Part shown: piece after piece, positions 13,901-26,092 of the stretch
Position numbering within the stretch: the stretch's first letter is position 1
How the letters are laid out: each line of letters starts with the position of its first letter
Origin: Adineta vaga
Lineage: Eukaryota; Animalia; Rotifera
Length of the DNA: 64,000 nucleotides
NCBI GenBank assembly: GCA_021613535.1
Contig: CP075493.1
Span: forward strand, 7,874,001 to 7,938,000
Reading direction: 5' to 3'
The notes under the pieces: generated by a model
Database searches by the model: none
Seen by the model: the letters and a program-made list of their open reading frames with translations, nothing else
Told to the model about the DNA's origin: nothing
Position numbers and translations under genes: made by a program

Positions 13901-14894
13901 AGCATCATCATCATCACCGGGCGACGATGAATCGTTCATATTATCATGTAAAAATAATTTTTGCATTGTTTGTCGAACAGTATTTTCATCTATACGATGT
14001 GGTGATATCGGCGAAGATGGTTTAGTATTCGAATCAGTTTTTGATACAATAAATGACGACATTGAATCAATATCAAGTGTTAACCATTTCTAATTATTAT
14101 TCATTAATATAATCGGGTTTTTTTTCCTCTTCAAAATATTCGATAATATTACCTCTATCGAAGATATGAATGTTGAATCTGTTTGAATTGATATTTCTTT
14201 TTTTTCAATCTCGCTTTCAAGATTGACTTGAGTAGATATCGAATTGCTTTCTATTTGTTGAACATCGGAATGAAAACCGTATTCACTCTAAAGATAAAAT
14301 TATAGATAAATATTTTTCTCTTACAATCGTCATATGTATATGTATATATATATATATAACATACTCTAAGAATATCCAAAATGGTTGTCGCTGTCGATGG
14401 TTTATATTTATATTCTTTAGTTTCGATCAAATGATGATGATGATTAACTATTAAAAAAAAGAATATATACGTTTAGATGAAGGTCGTACATTTTTGTTCA
14501 TATTTGTGAGTATATTGAGAGGAAAAACGAATGAGATTGATATTCTCTCTTGATTAATATGAAAATGAAGGCAGAAAGAGAAATGAGAAGATCAATAAGA
14601 GATATAAATGATAGTATAGTGTGTTATAAACGTACCAAAAGAGCAATCGACAATGATACCTGTTTGGCCTGCCTCTTTCGCTTCTTTAGTCACACTTTAC
14701 TGACTAGAACACAGAACGATATCGATATAACATCCTTCACACTTGACACGAACACAGAAAGCTTCACACCTTACACCATCATCAATAAAAAAAAGACAAT
14801 ATATACATATATACATTCACAATACATATACCAAACTCACTATCATTAATAACTGGTGATGATGAAGAAAATTCCATATCTGTATATTCATTCT
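10904..14894 (-). CDS. Formin with FH1 poly-Pro and Diaphanous-like FH2; 5' end unresolved; multi-exon
   Basis: FH1 (SPPPPPLPPPLP, TPPPPPPM) at about 13270-13380. FH2 motifs KKVQWSKI, ELRVLDAKAAQNF, LELILTVGNYMN, GFDISFLPKL. Stop at 10904. Low-complexity upstream exons splice in frame up to 14894. Confidence 0.85.
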
Positions 14895-16475
14895 CTAAAT
14901 TGTGATTAGTTGTCCATGAGTATAAGTTTTGCATCTAAGTAAGATTGAAGAGAAAAATGAGTGAAATTGATCAACATTATCAAGTAGTGACATTTGATAG
15001 AGAAGAAAAAAAATCGAGAACAAATATCAATGAGACTTGACTACAAAAAAGGCAGTTCTGTCTTCATGATGATGATGATTATATTCTGCCACATTATCCA
15101 TTTTCTCAAGTTTCTCTTTAATAACAACTTGAATATTTATCAAAACGAATGAATACAACAGTAATATGCTACGATAAAATGGATGAACATAAATCTTATA
15201 TATCAACGCATCGGTTAATCATTGCTAAACTAATACTTTTATTTATTCTCGGTTGTTTCTTTTCGATCTGTTCATGTCAACTGATTACCCGACAAATCCA
15301 TGTCGATAGAAAACGATTGGAATCTTCAAAAAACATGCAAGAAATGATCAGTACTATTTCTATTCAACAAACATGAACAATGAAATTCTTCCCCAGGTCA
15401 TAACTATTCACTAATCATTTCTTTTTATTTCGCTTTTTTTGTCTGTTAACAAAAGCCTTGATGATTAGTTTTCTTCTTTTCTTTTTTACTGTTCAGCTTG
15501 TTAATTGAACTAAATGCATAGACAACGTTCTGCACATTTGTTAGTGTAAAACATTAACATCGATCGATATCATCAATGTCGAAGGTTTTGACAGACTTGA
15601 ATGGATATGTTGAACATCAAGGTCATTTTTCATTCCAATCAAGGTAAAAATAATCAGAACAACAACTATGAATAAAAGCAATCGAGATAGACAAAAATCA
15701 CTTGAATTAATACGGTTTTTTCCGGAAAAAAAAGAAAATGATGTTTATAATTATGAGTATACATAAAATGAAACTGAATGAGTAAGAAAAAGATGATATC
15801 AACTATTACACAAACAGAATGAAAACATTTCTATAGAACGAGGTGAGATGATAACTAATGATATCTAATTCAATTCGGACAGATAGTTTGAAAGCGTGCG
15901 CGTATGCACACACGCTTCTCTATCCATATGGGATGCTTAAAGAATGACATTATAGGAAAAGAAAAATGTGTTTGTCAAACAATTTATGTCATTCACACAT
16001 CAAATACGTATTTCATCGTGTTCAATTATGTCGATATTATTGATCATTCTTACATAGATAGATAAATAGATAGAAATATATAAAGACGAATGATGGTTTC
16101 TGACACCTCTCGTTTTTTTTTCTCTTCACCTCTAACCCTTATTCATATACATCTACAGAATACAATTGATTACCTTCATCAGATGACAAGGTTTTTTACA
16201 CCTTTTTCTTCATACATGGTCGTCCGACAGTATAAATAATGAATAAAACTATTTCCAATCAAAATCGATTATCTTCCTACTAATTCTTTCGTTTCGGTAC
16301 GAATAAAAGAAAACAAGAACATAGACTATATTGGGAATAAATAATTTTAACTAAAACAAGGTTATCGACATTCACAAATGCTATTTCCCTCGAGAGTGAA
16401 TAACATAAAATCGACTAATTTGTTTTCTCTCTCTCTCCAAAGATAAGAAAACTAAATTTTAATTTTTGAACATAC

Positions 16476-16999
16476 TTGAAATAAGTCATTTTCATGTTGA
16501 TCTTCTCTATGAAGAACATCAATTCCAAGTAAACATGTACAACATTGTAAAATGATTTGTTTAATCAATGGAAGATTTTCATAGCGACCTTCGAAATGTA
16601 TTAAAAACCAATCAATTAATAATTCACCTAAAATTTATGAATTCTCTTTTTTTGTATTTTTTGTATTTGATTTTTACCCGAAAATTTCGTATGTTTATTC
16701 CATAGTAAACATGGATGAATTAATATTGGAGATATTAAATTATCATTGAAATTATTTGTTGTTATTGATTGATCGATAGAATTTTCATCAGTCGATTGAT
16801 TTGATGAAGATTTTCTATTATAAACACCGAAAAATCTTCGTAGAACTTGTCGAACATAATTTACATTATTAAAACGTTTATCATTGGAATTTGTTTGATT
16901 ACGAAAATCCATGAGAGTTTGTATTTGAATATTATTCAAATCTAAATCTGGTGTTGTTACTGTGGAAGATACATGTGATGGACAAGTTGATTTCGACAT
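16476..16999 (-). CDS. Two exons encoding a DEP-like domain; probably the 5' or alternative N-terminus of the formin
   Basis: ATG 16999 and intron 16628-16677 give ...KFSG|ELLIDWFLIHF...ILQCCTCLLGIDVLH...DLFQ. This ends at a GTATGT donor with no stop, so it must splice to something downstream. Confidence 0.55.
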
Positions 17000-17290
17000 T
17001 TTTGACTAAGAATATCGTTCCTATAGGATAGTTTTTTAGTCAAAGATTGATTTATTTTGTCATCTTATTGAATATTTCGTATGAGAATATATCAACGAAT
17101 AGAAATTTGACATTGATTGTGGCGATAAAGAAAGAATAGATGACGTTACAGGATTGTTTGGATAGAAATATAGAATATAGCTAATTGATGGAAGAAAAGA
17201 ACCAATTATGATCTTGAATGAACATTCATTGCTCATTGCACTGTTTTTTTCTTGCATGCTTTGTATCCTTCATTTTCGATACAAAACAAA

Positions 17291-18240
17291 ATGTCAGAAG
17301 ATGAAGATAATTCATGTACTGTTACGGAGACACTTCGTGAAGGTAGGAGACTATAGTATTTAATATCTAAATATTGATTTCGTTTATTTAGATACAAATG
17401 TCATTGTTGATGAAACAAAAAATCTTTTACTTGAAGCTCGTTCGAGTTTAACGACAATTATATGTAGTATATTAGGAATGTCTCTAGTGTCAATTTTTCT
17501 CTCAACTTGGCTCGCTAAAACAATCACAAATACTCATGCATCATTTGGTTCAATTGTTAGTCATTATTTTGGTTTAGATAGTAATAATACTGAACCCAAT
17601 GTAACATGGTGGACACCGAAACATATAAAACTAAATGAATTAAACTCGCGAAATTCTTCATCGAATATTAATAGTAATTCAATATCTAAACTGCTTCCAA
17701 TATCAATTCCGTATAGTGATTATCCAAATTTTCATACGATTACTTTACCATTGCTGTTTATTTGTGCGATTCTTCTGGCTGCACTTGCATATTATGGCCG
17801 TATGAAATGTACTAATCGTGATTTTGCGTGGGGTGCTGTTCCGAAAATTCCACTTGAACGTATCGATCCAAAAACAGTTGCAATCACTCTTACTAGAACT
17901 GAAGAAGCTGAACCTGGTATTGACTATACAATTGTACAAGGAACATCAGAAGAACCAGTTGTGTTCGCTTTAGCTGAAACACTCGAATCTCCACGTAAAG
18001 AAGGAGATATCGTTGACGAAGGAACTCAATATGAATCAGATGACGTTTTAAAGTAAGAGAAGTGAAACTTAAAAACATGATCAAATCGATTTTATTTAGA
18101 ATAATTACTCATGTTTCATCTGCACCTGATTTGCATATAAATGTTCAACTCGTACCGTCATTGACTCCATCTGATGAACAAAAACATATGATAGAACTCT
18201 TACAAAGAGAACCATTACCTACACTTTCACCATCAAAATA
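17291..18240 (+). CDS. Uncharacterised protein with two hydrophobic (TM) segments and an acidic C-terminal tail
   Basis: ATG 17291; introns 17343-17391 and 18053-18099 keep one frame to TAA 18240. No family recognised. Confidence 0.65.
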
Positions 18241-19821
18241 AAATCTCATCTGTGTTGTATGTATAAATCGAATTAGTCAATTTATCGTTCAGTTATCTGT
18301 GTTTTGCAAGCTCTCATTTATGTTTTGTGTTTTCTTAATATTCTATTTTATATTAATAATAGAATTTATGACAATAATAAAATCTTCCATAGTTAATACT
18401 TATCAATATTTTCATTTAAATAATCATTCTTCTTTTTTTTACAGTACTTTGCCTATCATTTGTATTTATATATTACATGAAGATGAAAGTTCATTAAATC
18501 TACTCTCATCTCCTTTTTGTCGCCTCACTTAGCAAAATTGATGCTGATGTTTCCATCCTTTTCGCAATCTATACAATGCAATGTAAATCTCGATAAACTT
18601 TTTATGACACTATGTTTTCTAACGAAACGAACTGAGATTATGTCAATTGATGAATCAGATTATATAAGACAAGGTGTATTTTTTTGTCGTTTCGAGAGAT
18701 ACTTGAACATTCCTATTAAAAAATAAAGAAACATTGAACGAAGCTAATGATGATCGAAAACTAACTGTGTTTGTGCTACCTGCCGAGTAAGATGAAGATG
18801 GTGTGTGCTTTTTCAATTCTAAATAGTTAACTAACACCTTTTAATTTCGAACAAGAAAAAAACTGTCATATTCCTTCGTCAGCATTAATGAATGTAATTC
18901 AAGAGATTCAAACGAAAGATCACGTTCGAAGTTAAGTTCATTTATTTGCTAACTGTTGTTCTTGTTCATCGAATAATATCAATAGAGAAACATGCTTCGA
19001 AATGGTGTCGATGGGCGGTATGATCTCTTCTGTTTTCCTTTTTCTTTCCTTTCCTTTCCTTTCCTTTTCCTCAAATGTTTATTTTAGAGTTTTCACTTTA
19101 TATAATGAACAGATACATGAAGTGATTGATTGACTTTTTCTCTAAATATACATAGCATCATATGCGTGCTTTTCCATCTCTTGTCTTTCGTAAATCAAAT
19201 ATTGAATGAAGACTACCATTAGGATCAACGATTGTATATTATATAAATCTATTCAATTAGTAAGGTGGAGTTCGAAGATAATGAAATCACACCCTTCAAG
19301 ATTTATATGTTTGAATATTTAAGCTGAAATTTCATTTACAATCTTTTCATTGGACAAGTGCATCAAATAATTTTTTTTTTCTTTTCCATTGGTTCGATAA
19401 TGGTGCCCATTTTAGCACACATATACATGTATATATGATGATCGTATCTATCAAATGGAGTAATTTGCGCGAAGAATTACAGCATTATTCCTTTTCAGCT
19501 GGCAGTTTTCTCGAAATAACGACATAGTTATATCGGCATAAGGAGAAGGAGAAAGAGAAAGACGAAGAAAAAGAAAATAACGCTTCACTATCATCAAGAT
19601 GATAATTACACTGTGTCTGGTTGGATAGTGGCAGAAAAAACACAGTCAGTGCGTTATACATTGTGACAACGATAGAGAAAAAGAACCTATCAGAATGCGC
19701 GAGAAGAGAGAGAAGAAGAAAACGAATAAAAAGTGAGAAAATCTATTCAGAGAGAGAGAGAGAAAGAGAAGAAAAGAAATAAGAAAGTAGATACTTCTCT
19801 ATCAAAATAGAAGAAAATATC

Positions 19822-20812
19822 ATGAGTATTACAGCAGACAATCGAATCGAAGACGAAACGATGACTGGTAAAAAACAAAACAAGTTTTTTTGCTTAAAAA
19901 AGAAATCGATTTCTTCTGTTTTACATTATAGAATCTGACAATCGAAAAAGTTTTCTTATTTCCAATCTGTTATCTGGTGAATCTATACTTGATCCAGAAG
20001 AAGAAGATGAAGAAGAAGAAGAAAATATTTCAATCAATGGTGATTCAATTGAAGAAAAACTTCCTAATGAAAAGAAATTACATCGAGCATTTCCAAAACC
20101 TTCAATGATATTTCCACGTGTAATGTCGACAAATGATTTTTCCTATCTTTATTATCTTAGTTATCAATATTTTGCTATGCAAATGTCCAAAACGCAACAA
20201 ATTCAACCAACAAATCATCCATCAATAAAAAAAACCTGTTCATTCACTCCACAAACTTCATCTTCTTGTTCATCATCATCTCCATCGCCAAATTCAACCA
20301 TTAACTCACGTTATCAGTGTGATGGATGTTCAAAATCATATTCAACATTTGGTGGACTTTCGAAACATAAACAATTTCATTGTATCGCTCAAATAAAAAA
20401 ACAATTTCAATGTAAATTTTGTGACAAAACCTACAATTCATTAGGTGCACTGAAAATGCACATTCGAACGCATACATTACCATGTAAATGTAAGATTTGT
20501 GGTAAAGCATTTTCACGTCCATGGCTATTACAAGGACATGTTCGAACACATACGGGAGAAAAACCATTTCAATGTGAAATCTGTTGTCGAGCTTTTGCTG
20601 ATCGATCAAATCTACGCGCACATATGCAAACACATTCGGATATTAAAAAGTATCGTTGTACAAAATGTTCAAAAACATTTTCACGTATGTCCTTACTTAA
20701 TAAACATATGGAAAATTGCTTGCAACAACCAACTACAACAACGATGGTAACAACAACACCGAACACTAATAGTACTGATGATTGTAGCAGTACTGCTGCA
20801 TTTTCGATTTAA
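19822..20812 (+). CDS. snail: Snail/Escargot-family C2H2 zinc-finger transcription factor (5 fingers)
   Basis: Diagnostic [59 protein letters not shown]. Exon 1 is 19822-19867, intron 19868-19931. Confidence 0.93.
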
Positions 20813-23800
20813 TATTGATTTTTCTCAAGTATTTGGCAAGTATTTTTTCTTTTTGTTGTTGTTGTTGTTGTTGTGTACCCTATTCATTCTATGGTGTATT
20901 TATTTCATTAACAGACCTTATTACATACAAACGTACACTTTCTCACTCTCGCTCTCGCTCTCTCTCTCTCTCTTTGTCATATTGTGTTCTCTTTTTTTTG
21001 TTCTTTATAATATAAAAAAGAAGAAAGATAATAAGAAGATAGTTTTGTTTTTCTTTCCGAACGAATTAATAGGAAATGAATACTTGAGTTGTATCACCGT
21101 ATCGGTATAAGACGAGTGAATTTCCGTCTCGGTCAGTTTCCTGCTCTAGGAAAACGTTTTTTTCGCTTATATAAAATCGGTGATAAGTTGTGAATTTACG
21201 AAAGATCTAACGACTATTCATCATTATTGAGAACAAACGACTTATGTGCTCATAAATCACCTTTTCTTCTTTCATTCTTTCGCTCGTTCTCTCTCTCTCT
21301 TCATCGATTAGATATATTCTCGGAAAGGCGAACAACCGTTAAATTGAATATAAGCATAGTTCTGCTTTAACGAGTGTTAATGATGAGAAAACAGACTTTA
21401 CAATTGATGCCGCTTCCGTTGAAATCTAAGAGAAAATAAGTATATGAATATTAAATTGATCTTGTTCATGATTTTGATTGACGTTTGTTTTCTGTCAAAA
21501 GAAACAAAAACGGTTGAAGAAGATAACCTGTTTGTCTAGGAAAATCATCCTATTATCTAATCCAGCAGACAAATGAGCAATAAATTGATTTTATTATACA
21601 CTATTTCTTCTTCGTCGTCATTGTTGTTGTTAATAGTTAATATTTATCACTACTTCAACAGTAAACAAGTACATGTCTATTTCTGCCCTTTTGTTGCTGT
21701 CATTTAACAGGCTGTTTTGCCAACCTGTTCGTCTTTCATTCAAACTTGCCTATTATCATCATCATTATCAGTTGGTTTTTGTAATGAGTTGATCTGAACG
21801 CGTCTGCTAGTGTTATTGCAACTGATCATTCCTCAAGAAAATGTATGTGAATGCTGTTCATTATGTATACAAAGAAAAATGTTTGTTGATTGACTAGTCG
21901 TGTGTGTTGAGCACGTATTCTTATAACTGATGATGACGAGTCTCAAACTTAACTTCTATGTATCACATCCGATCAACGTGCTTTTCTTGGTTCATGTCCA
22001 ACCTGCCAGATATTGAGCATCTGTAAGAAATGTAATATATGAGAACTTTTTGAGTGATATACCAGACTATAGTTCTATCTTTGATCTTCTTCGTCAATGA
22101 ATCGTTTAATAGCAATACTCATCTTTCTTGAACTGTATAATATAAATTTTTTATTTAGCTCAATTCTCAACGGTTCAACATAATTTTGTTTATTTGATGT
22201 TAGTCAATTGTATGTTCAGGATGAATGAAATTATATTCAATATTTTCTTTTTTCTCTGAAATCTTTGATGATCTAAATGTATCTTGTTCAATTGTTAATG
22301 TCCTTTCAGTGAGATGAGTGATGATAGATGATTCCCAGAAATCAGAATGTACGTATGCTGTCTGTCGAATGAGAATGAATAGATCTATTTAGCACGTGGA
22401 ACAGTAAGTAGCTTGAGAAAGAGAACGTATGGGTACACATAGAAAAAAGCATCTTTTCTAATTATCATTTGACATATAGCACGATTGTTGAAGAAGAAGA
22501 AGCAGAAAAAATCGTAAAGACGTCGAGCTTGATGATGACAGGCATCATCACTTTCACCATCATCGACTGGTCTGTTGTTCTAAATTCCAATGGTATATAT
22601 ATATAAACATTTTGTCTTTCAACACTTGTCGTTGCTGCAAGCCTGGTTATTAGATGCTAATATTAGAAAAAGAATAGCAAGAAAGAAAAATCAATTTCGA
22701 GTTTGTGACATTTGTATATATTTATCATCAAGAATACAAAAGGGCATCGAAGCTAATCATTAAGAATAGCAAGATATCAAGAAAAAACGGAATTGATATT
22801 TTTTTCGAAACTCTCTATTTTCGTTAGTCAACAAACGATGAATAAACATTTCTGACATTACTGTTTGACTCACATGCAAAGAGTAGATCTCCCTATATAT
22901 ATTCGACTAACAAACTGAATGACTTTGTTTGACGTTCTCATTGATTTGTCATAAAAAAAAGCGTTTTTCCTTAATATCTTCTTATCAATTCTAAAAGGTT
23001 TGTATCCATCAAGCAGAAAGGTGCATATTGGCGTGAAAAATGACTTTCTAATGGCACCACTAAGCAGGCGTGGATTTGCCATGCACATATACATAATAAT
23101 TCGTATATAATATTCTTGACGTCGTCCACCGCTCGGTCTCGATCAATCATTTTCCTTTTTCTTTCGACGTTTGTCTATCTATTATTGAAGACGAGTAATC
23201 CATATGGATAAAAACAAACAAAAGTCAACTAAATGTTAAGAAGTTTTGACTTCTTTCTCTCTCTCTCTGTCAACAGGTGGTTTCTTTCAAGGAAAATCTA
23301 AACATACGTCGATAAGCATAAGATTTACTTTCAATGAATTTTCTATGTACAAGAAAACAAAAAATTCACAATCATCATGGTCATCTGATTATCTTTTTAT
23401 CAGTTTCTATAGATCTTTCAAGTCAATGCACTGCATAATTTAATCTATGCTTCGCTAAACTCTATCTACAAAATGAAACAGGCGACAACATGCAGAAGCA
23501 CCACTAATATATGTTCGATGTAGTTGATCGTTTTTACAGATAAATCCAACAAACATCTAATAGGAAAAAACGCCAACGAGCTTGTTATCTAATGTATATG
23601 CAGTGAAGAATGTCGGCTAATTATTTTCAAAGAATTCTTTTACATACGAAACGAAGACAAATAAGATCGATCAAAGGGTAGAAAATATGGATGAATGAAT
23701 TTCTACTCATCATCTTCTTTAGTATTAGTAGCAGCAAGTTAAGCACTAGCTATAGAAGAAAGATCATATCTGATGATTAGAAAGAAAAACTCAGTGCAAA

Positions 23801-24722
23801 TCATCGTTTTAGTTTATGTTGATACAAATCAGTAGCGGCAGAATGTTGCTCATCGAATCGTTTAATTTTTCGCAGCGAAGCATATTGTTTTGATCGTATC
23901 ATCAACAGTGAACTTATAATAAAGATTGTTCATTCATCAAAGTTTATCTTTATCGGTTTGATTGAATTGTAAACTAATAACATGAAATTGAAAAAATAAT
24001 TTTATATTAGTCGATGAATAACTCAAACGAGACAGTCTATTTTTAGTACAATCAGTTGCAACTAGTAATAAGAATTCGCTCTGCATATCACGACCTTCCA
24101 TCACAGATGGAATATATACTATTCAAGTTATATTATTGCATAGAAATGTCGAAAATATACTCGATTATCTTCTAAATATGAATTATAGTTAATTTGATCA
24201 AGTCTTTTTGTTTTCTACACGAGTTTGAAATAGTCTTTATCTATTCGTTCAAAATTAAATGAAAATATCATTCTTCATTATATGATTCCCTTTCGACAAA
24301 GGGCAATAAGTATAATCTAAATGATTTTTTGCTTATAAACAAACTCAAATCATCGATAATCATACCATTACTATCAGTTAATGCATACAGAAGTGGAACA
24401 TCTGCAATGATATTATTAACTTGGTGTCGATAAGGATTTAGATTTATTTGATTCAAAGATCAACCGTCACTATTTTAATAGTAGAAATTCATTCTATAGT
24501 TATCTACTATATATATGTAGTGAGAGAAAGAGAGAGACATGATATTAAATGATGAAACTTGTAATTGATTTGAAATTCGAAATATCAGGTGCAATTTGAC
24601 ACGTTTGTTCACCTGTCAATATACGCTCCAATCAAATATTGTAGAGGGCGTTTATCTGACTTAACCTTTCGTATCAGTTTCGACGAACAAAGCAATAAAC
24701 ATTTTCATTTTTTCAATTTCAA

Positions 24723-25964
24723 ATGGCATCATTGATTGTTCATACAATCGTTGGATTCCTATTTCGACTTGTATTAATATATGTCGGAGATTTCTATGAT
24801 AAAGACATAGCCGGTGATGGACCATTGTATACTGATATTGATTATCGTGTCGTCACTGATGGTGCAAATCATGTTTTACAAAACGAAAGTCCGTATCAAC
24901 GAACAACATATCGTTATACACCATTACTTGCATATTTATTAACACCAAATTTATTTCTTGATGAAAATTGGGGAAAATTAATCTTTTCTATTTGTGATGT
25001 TCTTGTCGGTGTTTTAATTGCATGGATTTTACCAATGAAACAACGGAAATATGCATTACTTTGGTTTTATAATCCTATGTCTGCTGTTATAGCAACACGA
25101 GGAAGTTATGAATCGGTCGTAGCTGCCACTGTTCTTGCGACATTGTACAATGCAAAACAATCGAATGAACGTACATGGATTACAGGAGTATATTTGTTTT
25201 CCTTGATATAATTCTTTGTTCTAATCTGCATTTCTACTTTTTCTTTTCAGATTCTTCTTGCATTTGCTGCACATCTGAAAATCTATCCAGTTATATATTC
25301 TCTTGCATTATATTTTCATATTGAACGTCTTCCAACATTACATCTAACATATCGTCGTTTTCAACTAGTAATTTCATTCATTGTAACAACAATTCTTCTC
25401 AATGTAGGTTTTTATTATCTCTATGGTTATGAATATTTACATGAAACATATCTTTATCATATTATTCGACGTGATGCTCGTCATAATTTTTCACCATATT
25501 TTTATTTAACATATCTAAGTCCACAGCATCATATGCTGTCGTTTATAACGTTCATTCCACAAGTATTTAATACATTAGTATTTTCATATCGTTTATATGA
25601 TAAACTGGAATTATGTCTATTTGCATTAACATTTTCATTTGTTACATTTAATAAAGTCACAACATCACAATATTTTCTCTGGTATTTAATATTCATACCT
25701 TTACTCTTGCCAAATTTGTATATAAAATGGAAAACATTATTTTTATGTCTTATTGCTTGGCTAGGATCCCAAGGTTGGTGGCTTTATCAAGCATATCGAT
25801 TAGAATTTCAAGCAAAAAATACATTTATTCAAATCTGGTTAGCATCCATTATATTTGGTTTTATTAATGTGATCATTCTATGTGTAATTATATACAATTA
25901 TCGTCAGATAGAATCTGTACAAGATGTAACTGAAAAAACCAAATTGGAAAAAAAGAACGATTAA
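24723..25964 (+). CDS. PIGM: GPI mannosyltransferase 1
   Basis: YTDIDY..TDGA, SPYQRTTYRYTPLLA, HLKIYP, RHNFSPYFY, FNKVTTSQYFLWY; C-terminal KKND ER-retrieval signal. Intron 25188-25250. Confidence 0.95.
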
Positions 25965-26049
25965 AATTTGCTATCACTATCTCTTTTCATTTTGTTGTAC
26001 ATAATTATACATTCCATTTTTTGTTAATAGAAATACAGTTAGACTTTAG

Positions 26050-26092
26050 TTTATACTTAATTCCATGCTAAGCATGGATTTTGAAGTATAAA
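26050..26092. repeat. Imperfect palindrome downstream of PIG-M
   Basis: tttatactt..tccatgct-a-agcatgga..aagtataaa: perfect 9-bp outer arms and 8-bp inner arms. Confidence 0.7.

Noticed and set aside
14550-15376. Plus-strand ORFs 14550-14849 and 15149-15376
   Set aside because: Low-complexity AT-rich frames antisense to the formin locus introns, with no coding signature.
20301-21110. Antisense and alternative ORFs over Snail and its 3'UTR (poly-Cys, poly-Leu)
   Set aside because: Produced by zinc-finger codon bias and (TTG)n/(CT)n microsatellites.
24268-24456. 62-aa minus-strand ORF that might be a gene fragment
   Set aside because: Non-ATG start, no recognisable motif, no supporting exons.
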